The notes below the pieces were generated by a model. That model had not been told where the DNA came from. It made no database searches and saw only the letters and a list, made by a program, of their open reading frames with translations. Below, in pieces: positions 9,453-18,529 of a DNA stretch of 59,761 nt. Within the stretch, counting starts at the first letter, position 1. Every line of letters begins with the position of its first letter. The DNA comes from Solirubrobacterales bacterium (GTDB taxonomy: Bacteria > Actinomycetota > Thermoleophilia > Solirubrobacterales > 70-9): NCBI GenBank assembly GCA_035698885.1, contig DASSBJ010000124.1, forward strand, positions 1 to 59,761, written 5' to 3'. The position numbers and the translations under genes are program-made.

Positions 9453-9491
9453 CAAGCAGCCACCTTGGGCTGCTGACCGAAAGGAGCAGCG

Positions 9492-9935
9492 ATGGCCATT
9501 GCAACTCGCGCCGCCAAGACCACCTGGTCAGCCGACCTCGCCAGCGGACACGGTGTGGTCCAAGCCGACAGCGGAGGCTTTGACGATCTCGACGTAACTT
9601 GGGCCTCCCGCACCGAGGCTCCCGGCGGCAAGACCAGCCCGGAGGAGCTCTGCGCCGCGGCGCATTCCTCGTGCTTCGCGATGGCGCTCGCGCTCAAGCT
9701 GGGGGAGTCGAAGATGACGCCGCAGGAGCTGCAGGTGAAGGCGACCGTGACCCTTGCCGAGGTGGACGGTCTGCCGACGATCGTCTCCTCGGTGCTCGAT
9801 GTGGGCGGACGGGTCGACGGGCTCGATGCGGCGGGGTTCGAGGCGGTCGTCGCCGAGGCCGCGGCCCTCTGTCCGGTTTCCCGCCTTTTCAGCGGGGCGG
9901 AGGTGACTGTGGACAGTCATCTTCTGGCCGAATGA
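9492..9935 (+). CDS. osmC: OsmC family peroxiredoxin
   Basis: AAGGAG RBS 5 nt upstream of the ATG. GKTSPEELCAAAHSSCFAMAL carries the two conserved Cys regions of OsmC. Confidence 0.85.
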   Translation: MAIATRAAKTTWSADLASGHGVVQADSGGFDDLDVTWASRTEAPGGKTSPEELCAAAHSSCFAMALALKLGESKMTPQELQVKATVTLAEVDGLPTIVSSVLDVGGRVDGLDAAGFEAVVAEAAALCPVSRLFSGAEVTVDSHLLAE

Positions 9936-9946
9936 ATGGCTCTATA

Positions 9947-9971
9947 ATTTATACAAGCTACCTGTGTAAAA
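9947..9971. promoter_or_regulatory. Second-copy operator candidate ATTTATACA-N7-TGTGTAAAA overlapping a TATAAT box
   Basis: The right arm is identical to the 9444-9452 arm and the left arm matches 7/9. TATAAT at 9943-9948. Lies 20 nt upstream of the ferredoxin GTG. Confidence 0.55.
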
Positions 9972-9990
9972 CAATCGAAGGAGGGGCCCT

Positions 9991-10260
9991 GTGGCTTATG
10001 TGATCAACGAGCCCTGCATCGGCACGAAGGACAACTCCTGCGTGGAGGTCTGCCCGGTCGACTGCATCCATCCCACGCCCGAGGAGCCCGACTACGACTC
10101 GGTGGAGATGCTCTACATAGACCCCGACGAGTGCATCGACTGCGACGCTTGCGTCGAGGCCTGCCCGGTGGACGCGATCACGTCCCAGGACATGGTCCCG
10201 CCGGAGTGGCAGAAGTACATCGAGATCAACGCCGCCTACTACCGCAAGGACAATGATTGA
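9991..10260 (+). CDS. 7Fe-type ferredoxin (3Fe-4S plus 4Fe-4S)
   Basis: GAAGGAGG RBS. AYVINEPCIGTKDNSCVEVCPVDCIHP and CIDCDACVEACPVDAI cluster motifs. Confidence 0.9.
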   Translation: MAYVINEPCIGTKDNSCVEVCPVDCIHPTPEEPDYDSVEMLYIDPDECIDCDACVEACPVDAITSQDMVPPEWQKYIEINAAYYRKDND

Positions 10261-10727
10261 TCGCCGCCACCTCAGCACCCCTGATCGCGGTACACGCCCT
10301 CGCCGCATCGATCTGGGTGGGGGGTCTGGTGGCGATCTTCATCGTCGCTCGGGCAGCTTCAAGCACCCTCCAACCCGCCCAGCGAGTTGAGTTCTTCCGC
10401 GCCCTTGGCCGCTCCTACGGGATCGTCGGCACCCTCGCGCTCCTGGTCGCGCTCGCGACTGGCGCGATTCTGCTCGACGGCCATCCCTGGGACGGTCTCA
10501 TGGTCGCGGCCGCCGTTGTCGCCGGCGCCCTCCTGCTCGCCACCGCCGCGGGGATGGCCCAGGCCAGAGGGATGACGCGGTTGCGCCGTCGGGCGGTGGC
10601 TCAGGTCGGAGGTGAGCCGCTCGACCCACTGGTCCGCCGGGGCGCGATCGTCGCCGCGGTCCTGCGCGCCTGCATCGGCGTTCTAACCCTGGCTCTCGTC
10701 GTGCTCGGCGCGGCGTTGGTGAACTAG
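10257..10727 (+). CDS. Integral membrane protein (4 predicted helices)
   Basis: 4-nt overlap with the ferredoxin stop. Hydrophobic helices throughout. Confidence 0.6.
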   Translation: MIAATSAPLIAVHALAASIWVGGLVAIFIVARAASSTLQPAQRVEFFRALGRSYGIVGTLALLVALATGAILLDGHPWDGLMVAAAVVAGALLLATAAGMAQARGMTRLRRRAVAQVGGEPLDPLVRRGAIVAAVLRACIGVLTLALVVLGAALVN

Positions 10728-10734
10728 CCGAACG

Positions 10735-11430
10735 ATGGACCGGCTGCCTTCATCGGATAGGGCTCAGCCGGTCGGGGAGCCTCTCCTGGCAGCCTGGACG
10801 CTGCCGCTGATCGTGGCGGCGATCGCCGTCGTGATCGTCGGCGGCTTCTACCTCGGCGGGCCGGGCCTCGGCATGGCGGCAGGGGCACTCGCCGCTACCT
10901 CGATCGTGGTGATGGCGGTTCGCCACCCGCCGCGAGGACCGATCGTGCCCGCCTCCCTGCGAGATTTTCGCCACCACCTGCTGGTCGTCGTCAGCGGCGC
11001 CCTCGAGGACGAGCGGGCGATTGAGCAGATCGTCGAGGTGGCCGGAATCAGGGACGTTGACCAAGCTGAGGCGGAGGTTGTGGTCCTGGTGGCCGCTCGG
11101 CATCGGTTCCTCGACCGCTGGGCCTCCGATTCGGACCCCGCGCACGATCAGGCCCAGCGCTGTCTTGTGCTGAGCGCCGCCTCGCTGGCCAAGGCGGGCG
11201 TCGCGACCGCCGCGCGGGTGGGTGACGAGGACATGGTCCAGGCCGTAGAGGATGAGCTACGCACCTTTCCCGCCACGGAGGTGGTCCTGGTGACCGGAGC
11301 TCCCGATTGCGACGTCGCCGGCAACGCCGCGGCATCGGAACTGGATTCTCGGCTTCAAGCGGACTTTCATCACCTGATCCTCGATTCACATCGGCCCCCC
11401 GTGGGCGGACCGGAATCGACCATCCGATGA
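10735..11430 (+). CDS. Membrane-anchored protein with USP-like alpha/beta domain
   Basis: Two N-terminal helices, then HLLVVVSGALEDERA...EVVVLVAARH...ARVGDEDMVQAVEDELRTFPATEVVLVTG, resembling a universal-stress-like fold (inference). Confidence 0.6.
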   Translation: MDRLPSSDRAQPVGEPLLAAWTLPLIVAAIAVVIVGGFYLGGPGLGMAAGALAATSIVVMAVRHPPRGPIVPASLRDFRHHLLVVVSGALEDERAIEQIVEVAGIRDVDQAEAEVVVLVAARHRFLDRWASDSDPAHDQAQRCLVLSAASLAKAGVATAARVGDEDMVQAVEDELRTFPATEVVLVTGAPDCDVAGNAAASELDSRLQADFHHLILDSHRPPVGGPESTIR

Positions 11431-11906
11431 ACGACGCCGTTTGCCAGCGGGTCGATGGCTACACCTGGGCGTTCACGGCCGCAGCAGGGGCGATGATCGT
11501 CGTCGGCGGCCTGGTGGCGGCCATCAACAGTGCGGCGCCGTTTGCCCATGGTTCGTGGCTGGCCGCATACTTGGTGTTGGTCGGTGGGGTGGCTCAGCTA
11601 CTCCTGGGCGTGGGGTGTCTGGGACTGCCGGCGCCCAGGCTCTCGGCTCGGCTAAGGCGCACCCAGCTGGGACTGTGGAACGTGGGCAACGCCGCCGTCG
11701 CCAGCGGTGTGCTCGGCGACGTGGTCGGCCTGGTCGTAGCCGGGAGCCTGGTGCTGCTGGGTGCCTTAGTCGGATTTGCGGTCGGCGCCGGCCGCGCTTC
11801 TTCAAACGCGCGCAGCCGCCTGATCCTCTATCGCGTAGCGATCCTCGGTCTGGCCGGCAGCGTTGTCATCGGCAGCGTGCTCGCCAACTCATCGCCCGGG
11901 AACTGA
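11427..11906 (+). CDS. Integral membrane protein
   Basis: ATGA overlap at 11427-11430. Four hydrophobic segments. Confidence 0.6.
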   Translation: MNDAVCQRVDGYTWAFTAAAGAMIVVGGLVAAINSAAPFAHGSWLAAYLVLVGGVAQLLLGVGCLGLPAPRLSARLRRTQLGLWNVGNAAVASGVLGDVVGLVVAGSLVLLGALVGFAVGAGRASSNARSRLILYRVAILGLAGSVVIGSVLANSSPGN

Positions 11907-11931
11907 GCTGAGCGTGGCGTCGCGCCGCGGA

Positions 11932-12195
11932 TCATTCGCGCTCGACCCGTTCTAATTCGGATTCGAGCAGGGCCTTCAAACTGCGGAAGTCCTCCGCGCA
12001 GGCCGGGCAGCCCTCGAGGTGGGCCCGCATCCCCGGCACGTGCCCGTCTGGGTCCGAACCGGCGAGGTTCAGCTCGACATAGCGGTCCAGCTCGGCGAAG
12101 CACTCCTCACAACCGAGCTCGGGTCCAACGGGCCCGAGGAGGCGGGCCAGCACCGCCTCTCGTTTCGGCGCTCCGCTCTTGTCGCGGTCGTTCAT
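11932..12195 (-). CDS. Putative zinc-finger (zf-HC2-like) anti-sigma factor, short form
   Basis: ATGA overlap with the sigma factor stop. CEECF...HLEGCPACAEDF motif. Confidence 0.7.
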   Translation of the reverse strand: MNDRDKSGAPKREAVLARLLGPVGPELGCEECFAELDRYVELNLAGSDPDGHVPGMRAHLEGCPACAEDFRSLKALLESELERVERE

Positions 12196-12875
12196 GACGC
12201 CTCCTCTCGGGTTCCTTCGATCCCAAAGCCACGCTCGGCGAGCGCAGTTCGCAGCCTGCGCCGAGCGTCGTGCAGGGTCTTGTAGAGGGCACCGCGAGTG
12301 GTCTCCAGTCGCTCGGCGAGGACGTCGATCGGAACGTCGTTCAGCGTCACAGCGACGAGTACCTCACGCTGGTGTTCGGAAAGGGCACCCTCGATCTCCT
12401 CGCGCAGCGCCCCGAACAGCTCGGTGTCCTCGACATGGGCGCCCGTGGAGCTGGCGGGGTCGGCCAGCACCGCCCAGGCATCTTCGGCGATCGGGATCTC
12501 GCGTCCCTGCCAGGCGCGGCGCCGAACCTTCACCGACGCCTCGAGCAGGGCGAACTTGTAGGCCCAGGTCGTGAAGCGGGCTTCGCCGCGAAAGTCCCCA
12601 AGCTTCGCCAGCACCGCCAACAGGGCATCGTCGGCGCTCTGCTGTGCGAGGTCCTCCTGATCGTCGCCGCGCAGGTGCGGAAGGGAAGCCCGGCGGCGAT
12701 TGATCTCAAAGCGCGCCGCCTTCAACAGCAGCGCGTGCAGCTCGATAACGGCAGCGTCTCGCCTCGGTCCGCTCGCGCCGAGCCGCTCCAGCCAGAGCCG
12801 CGAGTTGTCCTCGCCCGGCGCGGCAGAATCTCCGGCAGGAGTCTCGATCGGCATCGTCATCGTCGCTGGCGCCAC
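12192..12875 (-). CDS. ECF-type RNA polymerase sigma-70 family factor
   Basis: Region 2-like DLAQQSADDALLAVLAKLGDFRGEARFTTWAYKFAL and region 4-like SEHQREVLVAVTLNDVPIDVLAERLETTRGALYKTLHDARRRLR. Confidence 0.85.
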   Translation of the reverse strand: MAPATMTMPIETPAGDSAAPGEDNSRLWLERLGASGPRRDAAVIELHALLLKAARFEINRRRASLPHLRGDDQEDLAQQSADDALLAVLAKLGDFRGEARFTTWAYKFALLEASVKVRRRAWQGREIPIAEDAWAVLADPASSTGAHVEDTELFGALREEIEGALSEHQREVLVAVTLNDVPIDVLAERLETTRGALYKTLHDARRRLRTALAERGFGIEGTREEAS

Positions 12876-13024
12876 GCATTGTTAGCGACCGGCGCCGTTC
12901 GATCCTTACCTCCTCCTCGCACTGAGGGCCTGAAAGCACGATTTGTCGCCGCGACGGTAAGACTCGGTGACCGGGAGACGCCAAGACAGGGACAGCCAAT
13001 CATCACCAACGTTTGGAGGCCCAC

Positions 13025-13486
13025 ATGTCCAGCACCGCGACTCTCGACCCGCGCGAGGTCGGCCTGACTTCAACGACGTTCGGCGAACGCCTCAAGGGCG
13101 ACCCTGCCTACCAGGCCTTTCTGCTCTTGCGGATCGCCTTCACCGTCGCGCCGATCCTCTTCGGCCTCGACAAGTTTTTCAACATCATGGTCGACTGGGA
13201 GTCTTACTTGGCGCCCTGGATTAACGACATCATTCCCGGCAGCGCGTCAACCGCGATGCACCTGGTGGGCGTGATCGAGATCATCGCCGGCATCGCCGTC
13301 GCCCTGAAGCCCCGCTACGGCGCCTACATCGTCGCGGCCTGGCTCGCCGGGATCGTCATCAACCTGCTGACCTACTCCGGCTATTACGACATCGCCCTGC
13401 GCGACTTCGGCTTGATGCTGGCTGCGCTGACCCTCGCCCGGCTGGCGAGCAAATACGACCCGCCTGGGTTCCAGGTCCGCCTCTGA
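13025..13486 (+). CDS. DoxX-like small membrane protein
   Basis: GGAGG 5 nt upstream of the ATG at 13025. Four helices. VGVIEIIAGIAVAL motif. Confidence 0.7.
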   Translation: MSSTATLDPREVGLTSTTFGERLKGDPAYQAFLLLRIAFTVAPILFGLDKFFNIMVDWESYLAPWINDIIPGSASTAMHLVGVIEIIAGIAVALKPRYGAYIVAAWLAGIVINLLTYSGYYDIALRDFGLMLAALTLARLASKYDPPGFQVRL

Positions 13487-13509
13487 GGCTGCGAACCTAG
13501 ACTGAGGCC

Positions 13510-14469
13510 ATGTCGCTGCTCGAGCGTCTCGGCCTCGAATTACCCGTCGTCCAAGCCGGAATGGGCGGCGGGCTCTCTCGCCACGAGCTGGCGGCGGCGG
13601 TGTCCGAGGCCGGCGGGCTGGGGACGATCGCCGTCAACGGCGCCGCGTCGATCAACCGCGAGCTGGCGGCGGCGCGGATGTTGACCGGCCGGCCCCTCGC
13701 AGTCAACCTCCTGCTGCCGTTCGCGCGGCGCGACTGGTTCGCCGCGGCAGCCAAGGCCGACGTCGTCGTGACGTTCTGGGGTAGGCCGCGGCGAAGGACC
13801 GCCGGGGTCTGGCTTCACCAGTGTGGCTCGGTTGCAGAGGCGCGAGCCGCGCAAGCGGCTGGCGCCGACGCCGTGATCGTCCAGGGCCTCGAGGCCGGCG
13901 GTCATGTGCGCGGCACGCTGCCGGCGCTTGAGTTGCTCGAGCGAGTCAAGACGGCATTGCCGGCCGGCTACCCGGTGTTGGTCGCGGGCGGCATCGCCGA
14001 GCGTGAGGATGTGGTTAAGGCGCTCGAGGCGGGAGCGAGCGCCGCGGTGGCGGGCACCCGTTTTCTGCTCTCCGCCGAGAGCCGTGCCCACCCGGGGTAC
14101 AGGCAGCGATTGCTCGAGGCCCAGGACACGATCCTCACCGAGCTCTTCGGCGCCAGCTGGCCGGCGCCGCACCGGGTCGTGGCCAACGCGGCGACGGAGC
14201 GCTGGCTGGATGGCGACCGGTACGGGCCATTGCTGAATCGGGCCCTAAATCGTCTCCTGGCGCCGGGCGCGCGCTACATGCCATCGGGCCTACAGGCTCG
14301 AATGATCAAAGCCCAGCGCCCGAGTGGGCGGGTGCTGACGCCGGCGCCACCCACCGATGACGGTCCTCCCAACTTGCTCGACGCCGGGGCACTCTACGCG
14401 GGGGAGACGGTGACGCGGATGACCGAGGTCAGGCCGGCGGCCGATCTTCTCCGGGCGCTGGTGCCATGA
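13510..14469 (+). CDS. Nitronate monooxygenase / 2-nitropropane dioxygenase family (FMN-dependent)
   Basis: Motifs LELPVVQAGMGGGLS, AGGLGTI, VIVQGLEAGGH and AGGIA. Confidence 0.85.
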   Translation: MSLLERLGLELPVVQAGMGGGLSRHELAAAVSEAGGLGTIAVNGAASINRELAAARMLTGRPLAVNLLLPFARRDWFAAAAKADVVVTFWGRPRRRTAGVWLHQCGSVAEARAAQAAGADAVIVQGLEAGGHVRGTLPALELLERVKTALPAGYPVLVAGGIAEREDVVKALEAGASAAVAGTRFLLSAESRAHPGYRQRLLEAQDTILTELFGASWPAPHRVVANAATERWLDGDRYGPLLNRALNRLLAPGARYMPSGLQARMIKAQRPSGRVLTPAPPTDDGPPNLLDAGALYAGETVTRMTEVRPAADLLRALVP

Positions 14470-14665
14470 GCGGCTCGCAGTCAGAGCTCGGGCGTTTGGC
14501 GAGGTAGGCCAGCAACTCGGCATCTCGCGAGCGCAGCTGGTCGATGAGCTCACCGTGGCAGGCACACAGGTCGATTACCGCCTTGCCGTCGGCGATCGAC
14601 CTGGTCCGCCAGATCGCACCGTGGTCCTCCCAGCGGCGCAGGGTGAGGAGCGGAGGCTCGGGCAT
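14429..14665 (-). CDS. Hypothetical small protein
   Basis: 78-aa ORF whose tail overlaps the 3' end of the monooxygenase gene by 41 nt. The N-terminal two thirds look protein-like. Confidence 0.35.
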   Translation of the reverse strand: MPEPPLLTLRRWEDHGAIWRTRSIADGKAVIDLCACHGELIDQLRSRDAELLAYLAKRPSSDCEPLMAPAPGEDRPPA

Positions 14666-14886
14666 GGACCGACGATACGCCCAGGCATCCAGGGCGACCG
14701 AGAAGGATCCGCAAACGCTCTTGGAGCACGGTGTACGTAAGGGAGAGTTATCGGGCGGTGGGGGCGAGGGGCGCCGTCTTCGCGCTACCTCGTAGCCGCG
14801 CCCGAGTCAGAGTTGAAGTGCTGCGACAGCTTCTCGGCGCGGTCGCATTCCTCGATCAGGATCCGACCCAGGCCGCTCGACCTAGA

Positions 14887-15597
14887 TCATTGTATGAAGG
14901 GCCCATCCCAAAATTGGCCCTCGAACAGTGCGAGCTGCGCGACTCCGTCCACTGTCACTTCCATGGTCGCGTCGTCGACCAGCCGAGCCGAGCTGCGGCC
15001 CAGCCTCAATCCGCCGCCCAATGCAATGAGTGGTGCCAAGAGCATATGGATCGACAGAAAGCGCAGCATGCCGATCACAGACTCGTTGCGTCGGCGGAGT
15101 GCCAGGCAGAACCGCGTCAAACTCGCCCGTGAAGAGGGTCCGACGACAATGACCAGTCCGTTACGGCCAGCCCGGCACCTCAGTTTCTCCAGAGCCGCCT
15201 GCGGGTCGGGTATTAGGTGAAGGACGTTCGCAGCAACTACCACTCGCGGCTCCGCGCCACCTCCACTCAGTTCCTCAATTGCGGAATCGCAGACGGCAAG
15301 ACCGGGAAGGCGCGCGGCAAGGTAACGTCGCATGCGGGCGTCGGGCTCAAACGCACAAACATTCATCCCCGCCTGGTGAAGGTGCAAGGTGTAAAGGCCG
15401 GAGCCAGCTCCGACGTCGTCAACGGGCAAGCCGGGAGGGATCAGACCGACCACCCGCGCCGCCAAGTGATCGGTTAGCGGGTTGTCCCAGACGCGATCGT
15501 AGAACCTAGGGTATACGCGCCACAGGAGTCGATGGAACGGTCGCGGCTCAATAGATGAACCACTTCCCACCAGCGAGAATATAGAGGCCGTACGCAA
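14887..15597 (-). CDS. Class I SAM-dependent methyltransferase
   Basis: VDDVGAGSGLYTLHL (motif I), CAFEPD and VVVAANVLHL. Confidence 0.8.
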   Translation of the reverse strand: MRTASIFSLVGSGSSIEPRPFHRLLWRVYPRFYDRVWDNPLTDHLAARVVGLIPPGLPVDDVGAGSGLYTLHLHQAGMNVCAFEPDARMRRYLAARLPGLAVCDSAIEELSGGGAEPRVVVAANVLHLIPDPQAALEKLRCRAGRNGLVIVVGPSSRASLTRFCLALRRRNESVIGMLRFLSIHMLLAPLIALGGGLRLGRSSARLVDDATMEVTVDGVAQLALFEGQFWDGPFIQ

Positions 15598-16006
15598 TCG
15601 CGCCGAGGCCGATCAGAGGTGACCCGTGCTGGAAGGCAAGAACTGCGAGACCTCCGCAGAGCACTAGGTACACGCCCCTAACTATGAGCTCCATCGTAAG
15701 ACCCGCGACATCCCAGAACCCACGTGACGACTTCTTCGGGGCGCGACCGCTGCCCGGAACCGGCGCGGTTTCCGCGATGGGCCGATCCTCGCCGAGGCTG
15801 GCGGGACCGAATCCCTGCTCCAGCTCGGCCGCGTAGACGGCGGCACCGGTCGTGCCTTGGACGTCCTCTCCGTGATCAACTGGAAGCGATCCCTCCTTGG
15901 CGGCAGGGGTCGCGTCTACCTCCTGAGGAGCGCCACACGCGCCGCAGAATCGGTCGTCAACCGCCACCGCCACGCCGCAATTCCCACAGAAGGGTCCGTC
16001 AACCAT
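15548..16006 (-). CDS. Zinc-ribbon domain membrane protein
   Basis: N-terminal CGNCG...FCGACG double CxxC, an acidic/Pro linker and two C-terminal helices. ATG at 16006 is preferred to TTG at 16024. Confidence 0.65.
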   Translation of the reverse strand: MVDGPFCGNCGVAVAVDDRFCGACGAPQEVDATPAAKEGSLPVDHGEDVQGTTGAAVYAAELEQGFGPASLGEDRPIAETAPVPGSGRAPKKSSRGFWDVAGLTMELIVRGVYLVLCGGLAVLAFQHGSPLIGLGAIAYGLYILAGGKWFIY

Positions 16007-16119
16007 GCTGACCTGCCATTTCAACTTCCATTCCGAGGCGGCATCCTAGTCGTACCTTGACGCCGCCAAGGGACGCTGCCGTGAGCGAGGATTGGTAGGG
16101 CGGCGCCACGAGTCTTGAC

Positions 16120-17970
16120 CTAGCCGATCGTCTGATCCGCATACTGTTGGCGGCGCAGCTCGACGCGCCGCTGCCACCACTGGCGCACTTGCTGCCACCA
16201 GGTGTCCTCGAAGGACGGCCGCAGGCGAGCCTGTAGGACGACGGCGCAGGCGGCGATCATCAGGAGAAGGGCGATCGCGACCTGCAGCTCGCCGTGGTTG
16301 AAGAAGTTGGAGCTGTAGGGGCTGATTCGTTCATATTCAGAGTTGGAGGCGATACGCGCGTTCATCCCGATCGCGTTGCCGACGCCGGCAAAGCCCCACT
16401 GGGCGGCGATCAAATGTGAAAGCCACTGGATGGGCTGCCCCAGGTCTCTGGTCGTGACGATCGCGCCGGCGAAGAGCAGCTGGGGCAAAAGGATCAAGGG
16501 CAAGAAGCTGGTCGCCTGGTTCTCGCTGCGGGCGAAGGCCGAGAGGGTGAGACCGAAGCCCATCCCGACCCAGCTGATCAGCACGCATATCTGGAGCACA
16601 TGCAACTCGGCGTTTGCCGGGGGGTTGCCGAGCGGGCGCAGAGCGAAGACGATCCAGATAAAGAGGACGGTCTGTAGCGCGGTGACGGCGCCGATCACCA
16701 GCCCCTTGGAGAGCAGGTAGGCCTCGGTTCGCACGCCGGTCGCCAGCTCTCGCGTCAGCACGCTGCGCTCGGCGACGATCTGACGCACTGAGGAGATCGA
16801 GCCAAACCACAGCGCCACGGTCACCATCAAGAAGGCGAGCTGGGCGCTTTGGGCCGCGTGTTCGGCTTCGCCGAATTCGCTGTAGGAGAAGACATCGGAG
16901 TGAAAGAGGAAGGCGGCGCCGAGCCCGAGGATCAGGACCTGTGCGGCGAGGATCGTCGCGTTTCGCCGGTCGCGGAGGAACAGGATCGAGTAGCGGCGCA
17001 CGAGAACCCTCACCTGGGGCATGATCCGCCGCCGGGGGACCTCCCTTGAGGAGGCCAGGCGGGCCGGCGAGATAGATGCCTCGACTCGCTTCGGTGGCTG
17101 CTCGGCTCCCTCGGCCTCATCGGCGAGCTTCGCGTAGACCTCCTCGACCCGCTCCACACCGAATGCCGCTGGCACTCCCTGTGGCGGCCCGATGTAGGCG
17201 AGTCGACCGCCTGACGCCATCACCGCGACGCGGTCGCAGAGATCGAGGCTCTGGGTCGCGTGGGTGACCAGGAGCACTCCCTGCCCGCGGTCGGCGAGCC
17301 TGCGGGTCAGCTCCATCAACCGGCGCTCAAGACCGGGATCCAGGCCGGTCGTCGGCTCGTCGAGCAGCAGCAGCTCGGGGCCGCTGATCAGCTCGAGGGC
17401 CACCGCGGCGCGCTTTCGCTGCCCGCCAGAGAGGTTGCCGATCCGCCGCTCGCGGATGTCTTCGAGGCCCACCTGGTCGAGTACATCGGAGATCGCCGCC
17501 TCGCGCTCCTCGGAAGTGTGGCCTTCGGGCAAGCGCAGCCGGGCGGCGAAGGTCAGCGCCTCCTCGATACTCAGCAGGTGGTGCAGCGTGTCGTCCTGCG
17601 GGACGTAGCCGATGTCAGCCTGGCGCAGGCCGACATCCTCCCCGCGGACCGAGACGGAGCCGGCGCTCGAGGGTCGGATCCCGCCTACCGTCTTCAGCAG
17701 CGTGCTCTTGCCCGACCCACTGGGGCCTACGATCGCGACCAGTTCGCCGGGCTTGAGGGTGAGGTCGGTCGGCTGCAGCAGGGTGGTGGCGCCAACGATG
17801 ACCTCTATTCCCTGTGCTTCGAGCAGGCCACGCTCCGCCAACGGCGCCGCGGCTGGCACCGGGGGCGCTACTAACTCGACATCGGCCTGCACCCCGCCAC
17901 AGTTCTCGCAGAACTTCCAGTCAGGCTGGATTACTGCACCGCAACTGGTGCAAAACGCCCCCGTGCTCAT
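16120..17970 (-). CDS. ABC exporter, fused zinc-ribbon + ATPase + ABC-2 type permease (ABCG-like half transporter)
   Basis: CTSCG...FCENCG ribbon, Walker A GPSGSGKST, signature LSGGQRKR, Walker B LLLLDEPT, then six hydrophobic helices. Confidence 0.88.
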   Translation of the reverse strand: MSTGAFCTSCGAVIQPDWKFCENCGGVQADVELVAPPVPAAAPLAERGLLEAQGIEVIVGATTLLQPTDLTLKPGELVAIVGPSGSGKSTLLKTVGGIRPSSAGSVSVRGEDVGLRQADIGYVPQDDTLHHLLSIEEALTFAARLRLPEGHTSEEREAAISDVLDQVGLEDIRERRIGNLSGGQRKRAAVALELISGPELLLLDEPTTGLDPGLERRLMELTRRLADRGQGVLLVTHATQSLDLCDRVAVMASGGRLAYIGPPQGVPAAFGVERVEEVYAKLADEAEGAEQPPKRVEASISPARLASSREVPRRRIMPQVRVLVRRYSILFLRDRRNATILAAQVLILGLGAAFLFHSDVFSYSEFGEAEHAAQSAQLAFLMVTVALWFGSISSVRQIVAERSVLTRELATGVRTEAYLLSKGLVIGAVTALQTVLFIWIVFALRPLGNPPANAELHVLQICVLISWVGMGFGLTLSAFARSENQATSFLPLILLPQLLFAGAIVTTRDLGQPIQWLSHLIAAQWGFAGVGNAIGMNARIASNSEYERISPYSSNFFNHGELQVAIALLLMIAACAVVLQARLRPSFEDTWWQQVRQWWQRRVELRRQQYADQTIG

Positions 17971-18040
17971 CGCGGGTGTGAGCCTACAGTGACAGCCGGT
18001 ACATGCAGCATCCCGGGGGTGCCGCTAGGCTTGCGGCGTC

Positions 18041-18529
18041 TTGAGCCGGCTGGGGGTAAAAAGCCCGCGCAACTTGGGTGCCCTAGCGCTGCTTCTCGTG
18101 CTGGTGGGCTTGGTCGCCGGCTGCGGAGGCTCCGAACGCAGCCCCGAAGCCTACTGCCGCGCGTTTTACGAAACCGCCGCTCCCATCCGCAAGTCCTACG
18201 TGGAAGCGGGCAATGAAGTCGAAGAGGATCCCCTGCAGTCGATCGTCACCCTGATGGGCTCACCGGGAGACCTGAGCGTGATCTTCGACTCGATGGTCGC
18301 CCACGCCCCCGATGACATCCGCGCCGACACCGAAGCAACCCGCGACGCGATGAAGAAGGAGCAGGAAGCGGTCGGCGAAGGCCTCTCGGACCCGCTCGGC
18401 GCGCTCGGCAAGAGTCTCGGCGCCGGACTCACTTCCTCTGGCTCTTTCCAGCGAGTAAACGACTACTTGGACGAACACTGCCCGGTCAACTCGGAGTTCG
18501 CGCAGAAGATCATCAGCGAATCTGAATGA
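18041..18529 (+). CDS. Lipoprotein, function unknown
   Basis: Signal peptide ending in the lipobox LVAGC. Confidence 0.65.
   Translation: MSRLGVKSPRNLGALALLLVLVGLVAGCGGSERSPEAYCRAFYETAAPIRKSYVEAGNEVEEDPLQSIVTLMGSPGDLSVIFDSMVAHAPDDIRADTEATRDAMKKEQEAVGEGLSDPLGALGKSLGAGLTSSGSFQRVNDYLDEHCPVNSEFAQKIISESE

Noticed and set aside
14887-14889. TGA read as selenocysteine in the methyltransferase
   Set aside because: No SECIS-like hairpin is evident just downstream, and there is no Sec-machinery context. A nonsense mutation or base error is more parsimonious.
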